Notes: generated from the sequence alone by a model not told the origin. A stretch of DNA of 57,492 nucleotides from an uncultured Planctomycetales bacterium (GCA_964545575.1 CAZJFL010000010.1:1-57492), one strand, 5' to 3'; positions 19,056 through 28,405 are shown, counted from the stretch's first letter. A program made the numbers and translations.

Positions 19056-20008
19056 TTTTCTTTATGCTCCTCGTCGTAGGTCTCGATCAAGGAAACAAAG
19101 ACATCTTCCAAAGAAGCCTTGATCTTGGATATAGAATAATTTTTTATCCCTTCTGCTTCGAAAAGATTTTTTATATAGAGGCCCGCCTTTCCTGCGTCAT
19201 GGGTTACGACATGGAGGTTTACTCCGAAGAGCGCCGTCTCCTTGACCGAGTCGAGCTTCGCAATTTTATCCAGCCAATTTTGGGCAGCGGGCATGATAAT
19301 CTCTAAGATTTCATTCTTCATGATCTTAGTTTTCATCTCCTCGGGAGTGCCCATAGCAATCATCGCGCCATGATAGATCATCACCATGCGGTTACAATTC
19401 TCTGCCTCATCCATATAATGGGTGGTGACAAAAACAGTAACGCCTTTGTCAGATAGTTCCTTTATAATCTTCCAAAAATTTGCGCGGGTGATCGGGTCAA
19501 CCCCTGAAGTCGGCTCATCGAGAAAGATGATTTTCGGATGGTGCAGTAAAGCGCACCCCAAGGCCAGGCGTTGTTTCCAACCCCCGGAGATGGTGCGCGT
19601 CAGACGATTACGAAAACCCTCGATATCAGCCAGGCGGATTACCTCTTCAGCGCGTTCTTTACGTTTTTCCCGCGGAATCTTATAGATACCGCTGTAGAAA
19701 TCGATATTTTCTTCGACGGTCAGGTCATCATAGAGGGAAAATTTCTGGGACATATACCCGATATGTTCTTTGATCTTATGCTGCTCTTTGACAATATCGT
19801 ATCCGCCGACTGTCCCGGTCCCGGAAGTCGGGCTGATGATCCCGCAAAGCATCCTGATGGTAGTGGATTTTCCGGCGCCATTTGGCCCTAGGAATCCAAA
19901 GACTTCTCCTTGTTTTACCTCGAAATTGACATTGTTAACCGCGGTAAAATCACCGAATTTTTTTACCAGGTTTTCTACTTTTACGGCAATATTATTTCCG
20001 TTTGTCAT
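19052..20008 (-). CDS. ABC ATP-binding protein (YbhF second-half-like)
   Basis: GPNGAGKS, SGGWKQRL, DEPTSGVDP. Confidence 0.93.
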   Translation of the reverse strand: MTNGNNIAVKVENLVKKFGDFTAVNNVNFEVKQGEVFGFLGPNGAGKSTTIRMLCGIISPTSGTGTVGGYDIVKEQHKIKEHIGYMSQKFSLYDDLTVEENIDFYSGIYKIPREKRKERAEEVIRLADIEGFRNRLTRTISGGWKQRLALGCALLHHPKIIFLDEPTSGVDPITRANFWKIIKELSDKGVTVFVTTHYMDEAENCNRMVMIYHGAMIAMGTPEEMKTKIMKNEILEIIMPAAQNWLDKIAKLDSVKETALFGVNLHVVTHDAGKAGLYIKNLFEAEGIKNYSISKIKASLEDVFVSLIETYDEEHKEK

Positions 20009-20010
20009 AT

Positions 20011-20757
20011 TTATTGAGACGCTTTTGATTTACTCTCGTAATCATTGACTATTCTGATAAACGCCTGCTCCAATGTCTTTACTTTAAATTCTTCTTTAAT
20101 TTTATCCGGCGTCTCACAGCGCAAAAGGTTACCTTTATGGATCAGCCCGACCCTGCGGCAGCGCTCTGCCTCATCAAGATAAGAAGTCGAATAGAGTATG
20201 GTCACTTTTTCCTTTAGCAGGTCATAAAGTATCTTCCAGAAATCGCGCCGGGATACCGGATCAACGCCGTTTGTCGGCTCATCCAGGAATAAAACCTTAG
20301 GAGTGTGTATCAAAGCACAAGCTAATCCTAATTTCTGCTTCATCCCTCCGGAGAGCTTTCCGGCGAATCTCTTTTTAAAAGGAGTGAGCCCGCTAAAACC
20401 CAACAGTTTATCAAATTTTGCCGCCCTTTCTTTCTCGGGCACGCAATAGACATCGGCATAAAATTTTATATTCTCTTCTACGGTAAGGTCTTCATAAAGG
20501 CCGAAGCGCTGCGACATATAAGCGATGTTCTCTTTTAAGGGTTCGGCTTCCTTGACAATGTGCTTGCCATAGACCCAAGCCTCACCGGAGGTAGGATCAA
20601 GTATCCCGGTCAAAAGGCGCATGGTGGTAGTTTTTCCCGCCCCATCAGGCCCGACCAGTCCGAATATCTCCCCTTCTTCGATTTCCAGATTGAGATTATT
20701 TACTGCGGTAAGATTATTGAATTTACAGGTGAGGCCAACTGCTTTGATAGTCGACAT
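20011..20757 (-). CDS. ABC ATP-binding protein (YbhF first-half-like)
   Basis: GPDGAGKT, LSGGMKQKL, DEPTNGVDP. Confidence 0.93.
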   Translation of the reverse strand: MSTIKAVGLTCKFNNLTAVNNLNLEIEEGEIFGLVGPDGAGKTTTMRLLTGILDPTSGEAWVYGKHIVKEAEPLKENIAYMSQRFGLYEDLTVEENIKFYADVYCVPEKERAAKFDKLLGFSGLTPFKKRFAGKLSGGMKQKLGLACALIHTPKVLFLDEPTNGVDPVSRRDFWKILYDLLKEKVTILYSTSYLDEAERCRRVGLIHKGNLLRCETPDKIKEEFKVKTLEQAFIRIVNDYESKSKASQ

Positions 20758-20760
20758 TTA

Positions 20761-21594
20761 CTATTCGCTTATGTAGGCGTCTGCGGGCATGCCGGGCTTT
20801 AAGTCCAGGCTCTGGTTATCGACTTTTACCTTGATACGATAAACCAGTTTTACGCGCTCTTCAGTTGTCTGTATCTGCTTAGGAGTAAACTCTGACTGGC
20901 TAGAGATAAAAGAAATCCTGCCCTGATAGACTTTATTGGGATAGGTGTCTGTCTTGACATCTGCTTTCTGGTTAAGCTTTACCCGCGCAAGATCAGTCTC
21001 ATTGATGTAGGCGGTGACCCAGATATTATGCAGGTCTATTACCGTAAAGACCGGCGTGCCGATCTGAACTACCTCTCCCGGCAGAGAACTCTTCACTAAT
21101 ACATAGCCGTCAAGTGTCGCAGTTAGGTCCGCAAATCCTAAGCGCGTGTTTGCCAGGTCAAGCTGGGCTTTTAACGCTCCTACGTTAGCCTTATCCGACT
21201 CAAACTGCGTCTTGGCTGCATCGCGCTGCTGCTGAGAATAAGAACCGGCCTTGAAAAGATTTTCCGCACGCTCATAATCTATCTTATCCAGTTCGTATTG
21301 ATATTCTACCGCTTTAAGCTCACCTAGCGCCTTATCCCTGATACTGGTCAACTCGTCTGTTTTTAATCTGGCTACGGCGTCTCCGACTCTTATCACCATA
21401 CCTTCATCAGTCAGAAGCTCTAAAATCTGACCCTGCACACGGAAAGAAAGCCGCACGTCATCTCCCTCAATGTTTCCGGAGACCTTGATTACTCCATCCT
21501 TGCGTCTCTCCTTCTGCAGGATATATTTTGTCGCAGCCCCCGCGATCAGAACGACTAAAATAATAACCGCTATCAATTTAATCTTTTTTTTCAT
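20761..21594 (-). CDS. HlyD-family periplasmic adaptor (YbhG-like)
   Basis: SEFTPKQIQT.EER..LVYR, LKPGMPAD. Confidence 0.92.
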   Translation of the reverse strand: MKKKIKLIAVIILVVLIAGAATKYILQKERRKDGVIKVSGNIEGDDVRLSFRVQGQILELLTDEGMVIRVGDAVARLKTDELTSIRDKALGELKAVEYQYELDKIDYERAENLFKAGSYSQQQRDAAKTQFESDKANVGALKAQLDLANTRLGFADLTATLDGYVLVKSSLPGEVVQIGTPVFTVIDLHNIWVTAYINETDLARVKLNQKADVKTDTYPNKVYQGRISFISSQSEFTPKQIQTTEERVKLVYRIKVKVDNQSLDLKPGMPADAYISE

Positions 21595-23158
21595 TCTTTG
21601 CCTCCCTGCCTGCCGGCAAGGCAGGCTTAAAATACATTTCTCCCATGGTCCGGTCTAAGTAAGCCTTGGCCATCAAATAATCATAAATCCCCTGGACAAA
21701 ATTTTCCTCTGCCTGGCTTAAGGCCAGCTGCGCGTCCAGTACGTCGAGGTTAGTGTTTTCGCCGTTATCATAGCTAGTGTTGGCGATCTTTAAAGCTTCC
21801 CTTGCTTCTTCGATATTATCCTTCTGCGAATCAATGATCGCCTGCGCCTGTTTTAAGTCAAGGCAACCCTGCCGGATATCCACCGCTATCTGGTCGCTGA
21901 TATTCTCTTTGGATAAATTCGCCTGCGCGTAGCGGGCTTTGGCCGCATCCACTTTTGCCTTAGTAGAAAACCCGTCAAAGATAGACATACCTACGGAAAG
22001 CCCGGCGTACCAGTTACTGTGCTTAGAATTATACATATTACTCCAGCTGTCAGAATTAAAGTTATAGCCTAAATTGGCATTTAGCTGCGGCCGCCAGCCG
22101 GCTTTAGCCATCTCAATTGACCACTTGCTCATGTCTATGCCTAAGCTTTTTAAGTTCATCTCCGGGGAATTCAGGTATGCAGATTTTAAAAATTCGCCTT
22201 CCCTGATTTCTATCAGCGAATAATCAAGGCGGTTATCTTTCAGGGCGATCTCATCCCTCATCTTAAAACTGAGCAGTTTCTTTAAATCCGCCATCAGCAG
22301 ATCTATCGCGTTCTTTGCTCTTACCAACTCGGGGATATACAACGATACCTGCACCTTTGACTGTAGCAGGTCAAACTTAGAAGATGCCCCCTGCTCAAAC
22401 CTGTTTTTTACGTCCTGATAATGCTCATTCGCATTATCCACCAGTTCCTGGGTGATACGCAGCGTTTCGTAACCCAAGAGCAGCCCGTAATAAAGCCTTT
22501 TCGCCTCAAATTCAATATCAAGTTTTTTGGCGCGCAAGGTCTCCTCCTGCGCGGTAAAGTCTATTTTTGCCTGCTTGAAATTGGCGATATTTGCGCCGCC
22601 GTTATAAATTGATTCAGTCAAGGTGATGCCGGCCTGATTATCGTTCTTATAACCGGTGAAGATGCCGATATCCTTCTTGGCATTAGGAACGGGTGTCCTG
22701 TTCAATACCGCTCCGTTTCGGGTATAGCCGGCTTCGGCGTTGACCTGGGGAAGGAATGCGCTTCTTGCCCCCATGATGTTGGCTTTGGCGACTGCAATCT
22801 CCTTTTCCTGAATCTGGATGTCTTTATTGTTTTTGAAAGCTACGGCTATTGTATCTTCCAGCGATAAGGTAAGGGGGCTATCCGGATTGTTCTCCTGGCA
22901 ATAACCGCAAGAAGGAAATCCGAATAGTAAAAAGATAAGCAGGACGGCGATCAGGTCGTCGACTCGCACATGGAAAGATTTTGCGATTTTTAACAAGGTT
23001 TTTATGGTGGGGTTGGGATTTTTACCGGACTCTACCTTAACTACCGTATTCAGTGATAAATCCGCGAGTTTCGAGAGACGGTCCTGCGAAATCCCCCGCT
23101 TCTCTCTTAAGTTCCTGATATTATTACCTATTATATTATAGCCGGCGCTCTTGTCCAT
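21578..23158 (-). CDS. TolC-family outer membrane protein with N-terminal XRE HTH fused to the signal peptide
   Basis: Residues about 10-70 XRE-like, then hydrophobic stretch, then LSLEDTI, ARSAFLP, LDVLDAQ. Confidence 0.88.
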   Translation of the reverse strand: MDKSAGYNIIGNNIRNLREKRGISQDRLSKLADLSLNTVVKVESGKNPNPTIKTLLKIAKSFHVRVDDLIAVLLIFLLFGFPSCGYCQENNPDSPLTLSLEDTIAVAFKNNKDIQIQEKEIAVAKANIMGARSAFLPQVNAEAGYTRNGAVLNRTPVPNAKKDIGIFTGYKNDNQAGITLTESIYNGGANIANFKQAKIDFTAQEETLRAKKLDIEFEAKRLYYGLLLGYETLRITQELVDNANEHYQDVKNRFEQGASSKFDLLQSKVQVSLYIPELVRAKNAIDLLMADLKKLLSFKMRDEIALKDNRLDYSLIEIREGEFLKSAYLNSPEMNLKSLGIDMSKWSIEMAKAGWRPQLNANLGYNFNSDSWSNMYNSKHSNWYAGLSVGMSIFDGFSTKAKVDAAKARYAQANLSKENISDQIAVDIRQGCLDLKQAQAIIDSQKDNIEEAREALKIANTSYDNGENTNLDVLDAQLALSQAEENFVQGIYDYLMAKAYLDRTMGEMYFKPALPAGREAKNEKKD

Positions 23159-23221
23159 ATATATTATAATGTATATATTATAATGCTCCTACTATAATAT
23201 AATGGATGCGGAAAATGTCAA
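23129..23221 (-). promoter_or_regulatory. Promoter with operator-like repeats
   Basis: TTGACA (23221-23216) with TATTAT 16 bp downstream; TATATATTATAATG x2 at 23158-23185. Confidence 0.6.
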
Positions 23222-23246
23222 GTAAAATTATCAGCCGCTAACTTTT

Positions 23247-24095
23247 TTAAAAAACCATCCCGGCGTATCCTACGGCCCGATAAAACTCAGGTTCAGGCGA
23301 AACATTAAAACTCGTGGTATATTCTAACAACACCCCTTTTTTAGCACCCAACGCCCCGGCCGCAGCAATAGTAGCTGCCAGAGCACCCGAACCGCAGGAG
23401 TTATAATGGCTCCTGGCCTCTTCTACTATGGCCTCGGATTCTAAATTAAGGGCTAACTTAATCATACGGCTGTCATTATCTTCCATCCATTCCAACGCCT
23501 TCCTGCCACGGCCGGCAGGGGCGAAGCCATAATCATCCCCATAGTGGGTCAGGTCAGTGGAGCCGATAACGACTATCTTTTTTTTGCTTCTAGCTATTAC
23601 CTCCCCGATTCTATGGCCCAACCGGCCTGCTTTATTATCGGGACTGATGCGTATCGGGACTATTTTAGCCGCAGGGAAAAAATATCTCAAGAAAGGCATC
23701 TGTACTTCCAAAGAATGCTCCCGGGCATGCGCCTCTGGGTCATCGGCCAAATCCTCCCCCGCCGCTTCCAGCAAAATAGACGCAGCCTCTGCATCAACTT
23801 CAATCGATCCGAAAGGAGTAACCCAGGAGCCGCGGCTAAAAAGTGAGTTTCTCTCCGGCAAACTATGGATTGCCCCTAAAAGTATAAAAGTATCGACCTG
23901 GTTTTTTTCTTTTATGCACTTAAATACCTTGGCTGCCACCCGCCCGGAGAAAAACCAGCCTGCGTGAGGCACCACCCCGGCCACGATATGACGAGGGGCC
24001 TCCGGTACCCGGAAATCCCGGACATACTCTTCTATCCTCTCTTTGCTGCATTCATCAGCGTAAAAATGTTGGGCTACGGGTTGCCTTACGGTCAT
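23247..24095 (-). CDS. AmmeMemoRadiSam system protein B (MEMO1 family)
   Basis: PHAGWFFSG, EHSLEVQMPFL, STDLTHYG, CG, VGYAG. Confidence 0.92.
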   Translation of the reverse strand: MTVRQPVAQHFYADECSKERIEEYVRDFRVPEAPRHIVAGVVPHAGWFFSGRVAAKVFKCIKEKNQVDTFILLGAIHSLPERNSLFSRGSWVTPFGSIEVDAEAASILLEAAGEDLADDPEAHAREHSLEVQMPFLRYFFPAAKIVPIRISPDNKAGRLGHRIGEVIARSKKKIVVIGSTDLTHYGDDYGFAPAGRGRKALEWMEDNDSRMIKLALNLESEAIVEEARSHYNSCGSGALAATIAAAGALGAKKGVLLEYTTSFNVSPEPEFYRAVGYAGMVF

Positions 24096-24118
24096 ATTAG
24101 AAGGCCTCTCTTTAAAAG

Positions 24119-24155
24119 AAAAAAGCGGCTCCCTCTTGTTTTAGAGAGCCGCTTT
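24119..24155 (-). terminator. Rho-independent terminator after csp genes
   Basis: AAAGCGGCTC...GAGCCGCTTT with T-run on minus strand. Confidence 0.7.
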
Positions 24156-24235
24156 AAACTCTAAAGTTATTTTCTAAACACATAGCTACCTTTTATTTTA
24201 CTGTTAAAAGGCAAGCTACGCAACAAATCTTTCTT

Positions 24236-24439
24236 TTAGGCAACAACCTTAACGCTGATTGCACGCGGGCCTTTTTCGGATTTTTCCACTTCAAATTCAA
24301 CTGCCTGCTCTTCGTTCAGGGCGTCAAACTTGACATCGACCAAACCGCTCTGGTGGAAAAATAACTCCCGGCCGTCCTCATCGCTGATAAAGCCGAAGCC
24401 TCTTTCGCGCACTAGCTTCTTTATTTTCCCTTTATGCAT
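24236..24439 (-). CDS. Cold-shock protein
   Basis: RGFGFI, LFFH, KGPRA. Confidence 0.93.
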   Translation of the reverse strand: MHKGKIKKLVRERGFGFISDEDGRELFFHQSGLVDVKFDALNEEQAVEFEVEKSEKGPRAISVKVVA

Positions 24440-24456
24440 TTGTATCCTCCTTCTAG

Positions 24457-24657
24457 TTATACCTTGGCTACCTTTGTAGCTTGTTCGCCCTTAGGGCCTT
24501 TTTCGATTTCAAACTCTACTTCCTGACCCTCGTCCAGAGTTTTATATCCCTCACCTAAAATCGCCGTATGGTGCACGAATACATCGCTTCCTGATTCGGG
24601 AGTGATGAAACCGTAACCCTTTTGGTTTGAGAACCACTTTACTTTGCCTCTTGCCAT
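24457..24657 (-). CDS. Cold-shock protein
   Basis: GKVKWF..KGYGFI, DVFVH. Confidence 0.96.
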   Translation of the reverse strand: MARGKVKWFSNQKGYGFITPESGSDVFVHHTAILGEGYKTLDEGQEVEFEIEKGPKGEQATKVAKV

Positions 24658-24780
24658 TATTTACTTCCTCCTCTCTTTCCAAATTATAGTAAATAATGAC
24701 AGCACATAAAAAAAGCCAAAAAGTTAGACATCCCAACCTTCCGGCCTGTGATTTCTAATCTCTTATTTACTACGGGTTTA

Positions 24781-24808
24781 AGTATAGCATATTTTGGGGA
24801 TTTGTCAA
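24781..24808 (-). promoter_or_regulatory. Promoter of csp operon with about 115-nt leader
   Basis: TTGACA-16-TATACT with extended TG. Confidence 0.65.
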
Positions 24809-24817
24809 CCTAATTTT

Positions 24818-27727
24818 CTACCGGAGTTCCGCCGAAGGGCAAATCTGGTTATAGGCGCAGTATTTGCAGGCGTTATAACCCGGCTTAGCGGCAAAGCTTC
24901 TTTTACGGATACCTGCCGAAGCCTGGCGGATATCCTCTTTTACCTTCTCCATATCCGACTCGTCCTTGGTATCAGATCCGATCAGTCCCGATTCCAGGAA
25001 ATATAACTGGACGCTCCGGGGCAGTTCCCCGAAAATATTCTGATAGGCCAGAGAATACAAAGCAAGCTGGGTGCTTTCTCTGGTGCGCTTATCAGCCTCC
25101 TCCTGCTTCTTAAGCTGCGAAGTCTTAAAATCTATGATCACTATGCCATCTTTTTCCTGATCCACGCGGTCAAAACGGCCGCGGATTTTATTGTTTTCAA
25201 AAATAAAGAAAAAGTCTTTTTCAATGTAGAGCGGTTTGGCATTACGCTTCTCTTCTGCGTTATAAAATCTAACCAGCGCCTCCTGCCCCACCCGAAAACG
25301 CTCCTCCTGATGCAGCGGGTTAATGAAGCCCTGCGGGTCAAAGCTTTCTTTAAAAACACCCAATAAATCCGCCAGCTCCATTTTCCTACCGCTGGCCTTA
25401 AACTGGAAATATTTAGTCACCGCCGTATGCATTGCCCGGCCGTAAATAATCGTATGGTGCTCCATAATCGGCACGCGCAAGACATGCACGTATTTATATT
25501 TTAAAGGGCAGGTAAGATAGTCATCTATCTGATAGAAGCTTAAGGGAAGCAGTTCCCCCGGAGGTATTTCTTGGCGTGCGGCTTTGCTCGAGTCTTTGTG
25601 CGGGGCAAAACGCTTAATCGTCTCCAGGGCGCTTATCTTAAGCTTCTCTTTTTCTTTAATCCCCTCTCCCAGGGCCTCGATAATAAAAGGGCTGACCCGG
25701 CGCATGCGCGCTCCGCCGTAATCTACCGCCGAAGTCAGATAAAGCTGGCACTTGGCGCGGGTCATGCCTACATAAAATAAGCGGCGCTCTTCCTGGGTAT
25801 GAAAATCTCCCTGCGGAAGGATCTCTTTGATCAAGGCATCCGGCAGCTCTACGGATTGCCTGCGATGCGGCACAGGAAAACGCCCGTTGACCAAACTCAC
25901 CATAAAAACCAGGCTAAACTCCAGACCCTTTGCTTTATGGATGGTCAGCACATTCACCGCATCGCTATCAAGGTCAGCCATTGCGGTTTCCGGGTCGTCT
26001 CCGGCTTCGATTAAAAGGTCCAGATAATTCACAAAACTGATCACCCGGTCCTCTCTGGCAATCAACTCGAAATCACGCACGATATTGAAAAATTTGGCGA
26101 TATTCTGGATTTGTGTTTCTTTTTCAAGGTTCAAATCCCGGGTGAGTTTTTTCAGGTAGCCGGTTTCGGTCAGAAAGGCATATAAGAGCCTTCCGGTAGC
26201 CTCCCGGCGCGAAATTTGCAAAAACTTATCCAAATCAGCTAGGATCTGGCTGATTTTTTCGCGGGATTTTTCGCTCACTTCGGCTAACTCCGGGATTGCG
26301 GCTGTACCCTTTAAAACTGAATGCAAGGTTTTATTTCTACGCTTGGCATAATACATACACAAGGTTAAATCCGAAAGATCTAGGCCGTAAATTTGGCTGC
26401 TGGCCAGATAATAGAGGCCTAGCGAATCCGAAGGATTAGCCACTACGCGCAAAAAATTAATACATAACTTTACCTCTTCCCTGCTGTAGAGGCCCTGGTT
26501 ACCGCTGAATTGCCAGGGAATCCCCAGCATATTCAACGCCTGCAGATAAGGTTGGGCATCTGAATTAGAACGCACCAGTATCGCAAAATCCTTATACTGA
26601 AATTTTTTGGCTTTCACTTTTTCTTTAATAGTTTCGGCAATCCAGTCCGATTCTCCGGAATTATTATCAAAATGTTCGTGTTTAGGGGGTTCGCCTTTTT
26701 CGCTTAAGCCGATCAGCTTTTTATTAATCCCCGCCTTGACTTCAAAGCGTTCGGGATTATTGTTCTGAATAAGTTTATAGGCGCTGTCTAAGAGTGGCTG
26801 GTGCGAGCGGTAATTCCGGATCAGGCTTACCTTTTTTGCCTCGGGAAAACTATCCATGAAATTTAAGACGTTGCTGTAGGCGGCTCCGCGCCAGCGGTAA
26901 ATGCACTGGTCGTCATCTGCTACCACCGCAATATTCTTGTTTTCCCCTGCCAGGAACTTTACCATTTGAAACTGGGCAAAATTAGTATCCTGAAACTCAT
27001 CGACCAGAATATATTTAAATTGCTTCTGGTAATTCTTTAAGATTAAGGGATGAGCGCGTAAAAGATTGAGGCTCAAATAAAACTGGTTGCCGAAATCTAC
27101 CGCGCCGTATTTCATTAACAGTTCCTGATATTTGGCGTAGGCCTCTGCCAATTCCATCTGCTGCCGGGCTTCTTCCTGCAGCGCTTCGTCTTTGGGGTCA
27201 GCTTTGGCTTTCAGGACTAAGCCTTGGGTGTAATTAAAGTATTCCTTAGGAGATATATCTTCGTCTTTGGCGCGGCTAAATAAAGATATCAACGCCTCAA
27301 CAAACTTAGTCGGATCTGAAAGCGGACGGTAATACTCTAAGTCAAACTCAAAGATACGCTCGCGCAAAAATACCGCGGATTCCGGGCGGGTTAAAACCTT
27401 AAAATCCGGCTCCATGCCGGCGATCAGGGCGTTTTCCCGCAAAAGCCGGTCGCCAAAGGCGTGAAAGGTAGAAATCCAGATATCGGTGTATCCGTAAGGC
27501 ACCAGTACATCCACCCGCTCCAACATCTGCAATGCCGCCTTATCGGTAAATGTGAGCGCTAAAATTTCGTTGGTTTTCGCGAGGTTTTCGGATAAAAGCC
27601 AGGCAATGCGGCGGGTGATAACCGTAGTCTTTCCGGTCCCCGCGCCGGCAATAATCAGCAGCGGACCATCTTTGTGTGTGACCGCCTCGAGTTGCTCTTT
27701 GTTCAAACCTTCTAATATTTTATTCAT
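24818..27727 (-). CDS. UvrD/PcrA-family helicase fused to a PD-(D/E)XK nuclease with four Cys (Fe-S)
   Basis: AGAGTGKT, DEFQD, TIHKAKGLEF, EERRLFYV; TCP...GRFDR...IDFKT...QLALY...CKYCAYNQIC. Confidence 0.92.
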   Translation of the reverse strand: MNKILEGLNKEQLEAVTHKDGPLLIIAGAGTGKTTVITRRIAWLLSENLAKTNEILALTFTDKAALQMLERVDVLVPYGYTDIWISTFHAFGDRLLRENALIAGMEPDFKVLTRPESAVFLRERIFEFDLEYYRPLSDPTKFVEALISLFSRAKDEDISPKEYFNYTQGLVLKAKADPKDEALQEEARQQMELAEAYAKYQELLMKYGAVDFGNQFYLSLNLLRAHPLILKNYQKQFKYILVDEFQDTNFAQFQMVKFLAGENKNIAVVADDDQCIYRWRGAAYSNVLNFMDSFPEAKKVSLIRNYRSHQPLLDSAYKLIQNNNPERFEVKAGINKKLIGLSEKGEPPKHEHFDNNSGESDWIAETIKEKVKAKKFQYKDFAILVRSNSDAQPYLQALNMLGIPWQFSGNQGLYSREEVKLCINFLRVVANPSDSLGLYYLASSQIYGLDLSDLTLCMYYAKRRNKTLHSVLKGTAAIPELAEVSEKSREKISQILADLDKFLQISRREATGRLLYAFLTETGYLKKLTRDLNLEKETQIQNIAKFFNIVRDFELIAREDRVISFVNYLDLLIEAGDDPETAMADLDSDAVNVLTIHKAKGLEFSLVFMVSLVNGRFPVPHRRQSVELPDALIKEILPQGDFHTQEERRLFYVGMTRAKCQLYLTSAVDYGGARMRRVSPFIIEALGEGIKEKEKLKISALETIKRFAPHKDSSKAARQEIPPGELLPLSFYQIDDYLTCPLKYKYVHVLRVPIMEHHTIIYGRAMHTAVTKYFQFKASGRKMELADLLGVFKESFDPQGFINPLHQEERFRVGQEALVRFYNAEEKRNAKPLYIEKDFFFIFENNKIRGRFDRVDQEKDGIVIIDFKTSQLKKQEEADKRTRESTQLALYSLAYQNIFGELPRSVQLYFLESGLIGSDTKDESDMEKVKEDIRQASAGIRKRSFAAKPGYNACKYCAYNQICPSAELR

Positions 27728-27735
27728 ATTCTAGG

Positions 27736-27852
27736 TTTAGCGGGTCCTGCCGCAGAAGGCGGCACACCGGCCCATCCGATAGGGCCGGGTGTTGTCTTAA
27801 CCAGTTTCTCTCGGGAGCGCCCTCCTCGAAACATTCCGCGCCACCCGCTAAA
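27736..27852. repeat. Palindromic element (TAGCGGGT...ACCCGCTA family) containing one 45-nt unit
   Basis: Terminal inverted repeat TTTAGCGGGT/ACCCGCTAAA; relative at 56841-56906. Confidence 0.75.
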
Positions 27853-27871
27853 GATAAATTAAACTATCAAG

Positions 27872-28111
27872 ATGAATCTGGCGGATTTTCGAGCGAATGG
27901 AGGTTTTAGCCAGAGGAGCTTGAGCATTTTCGGGAATCCCAAGGCCGCCCGAGAGGGCGGCAATCTTGGGATGGCGATGCTGTTCGAGCGATTTTTGCTA
28001 GAGGCAAAAAGCGCGAGTTCAGCAGCCACCGAAAATGCGAAAGATCTCTGGCGTCCCCCGCTCATAAGTCGGGGGAAAACCGACCCTGAGCGAGAAAACC
28101 GACAGATTCAT
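27872..28111. repeat. 240-nt nested multibranch palindromic element
   Basis: ATGAATCTG/CAGATTCAT ends, several nested stems. Confidence 0.65.
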
Positions 28112-28125
28112 TATTATATTTTGCC

Positions 28126-28153
28126 TTGACAACCCCTTATTTTCCAGTATACT
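28126..28153 (+). promoter_or_regulatory. rpmB promoter
   Basis: TTGACA-16-TATACT. Confidence 0.65.
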
Positions 28154-28176
28154 TAAATTCCTACAAGGAGCAAATG

Positions 28177-28404
28177 ATGTTAAAAATCTGCGCATTATGC
28201 GGCAAGGGGCCGCAAACCGGTAGAAAAGTAGTACGTAAAGGTGCGCCTAAGTCCAAAGGCGGAACCGGAAGCAAGATCGTGCGTTCCTCTAAACGTAAGT
28301 TCCTCCCTAACCTTCAGAAGACGCGGATCATCATAGAAGGTAAGGCTAAACGCGTCTTTATCTGCACCAAGTGCATCAAAAAAGGCAATATCGTCAAGGC
28401 CTAA
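28177..28404 (+). CDS. rpmB: 50S ribosomal protein L28
   Basis: CALCGK...KRKFLPNLQ...CTKCIK; RBS AAGGAG; start reassigned. Confidence 0.93.
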   Translation: MLKICALCGKGPQTGRKVVRKGAPKSKGGTGSKIVRSSKRKFLPNLQKTRIIIEGKAKRVFICTKCIKKGNIVKA

Positions 28405-28405
28405 A

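Noticed and set aside
19052-20757. Frameshifted ybhF pseudogene
   Set aside because: Both halves are complete ABC ATPases with their own starts and C-terminal LE..F motifs
27872-28111. RNase P, tmRNA, SRP or 6S RNA
   Set aside because: Signature motifs (GAGGAAAGTCC, tRNA-like ends, SRP loop) not found
27859-28129. ORFs 27859..28065 (-) and 27872..28129 (+)
   Set aside because: Coincide with the fold-back element; no RBS or recognisable protein features
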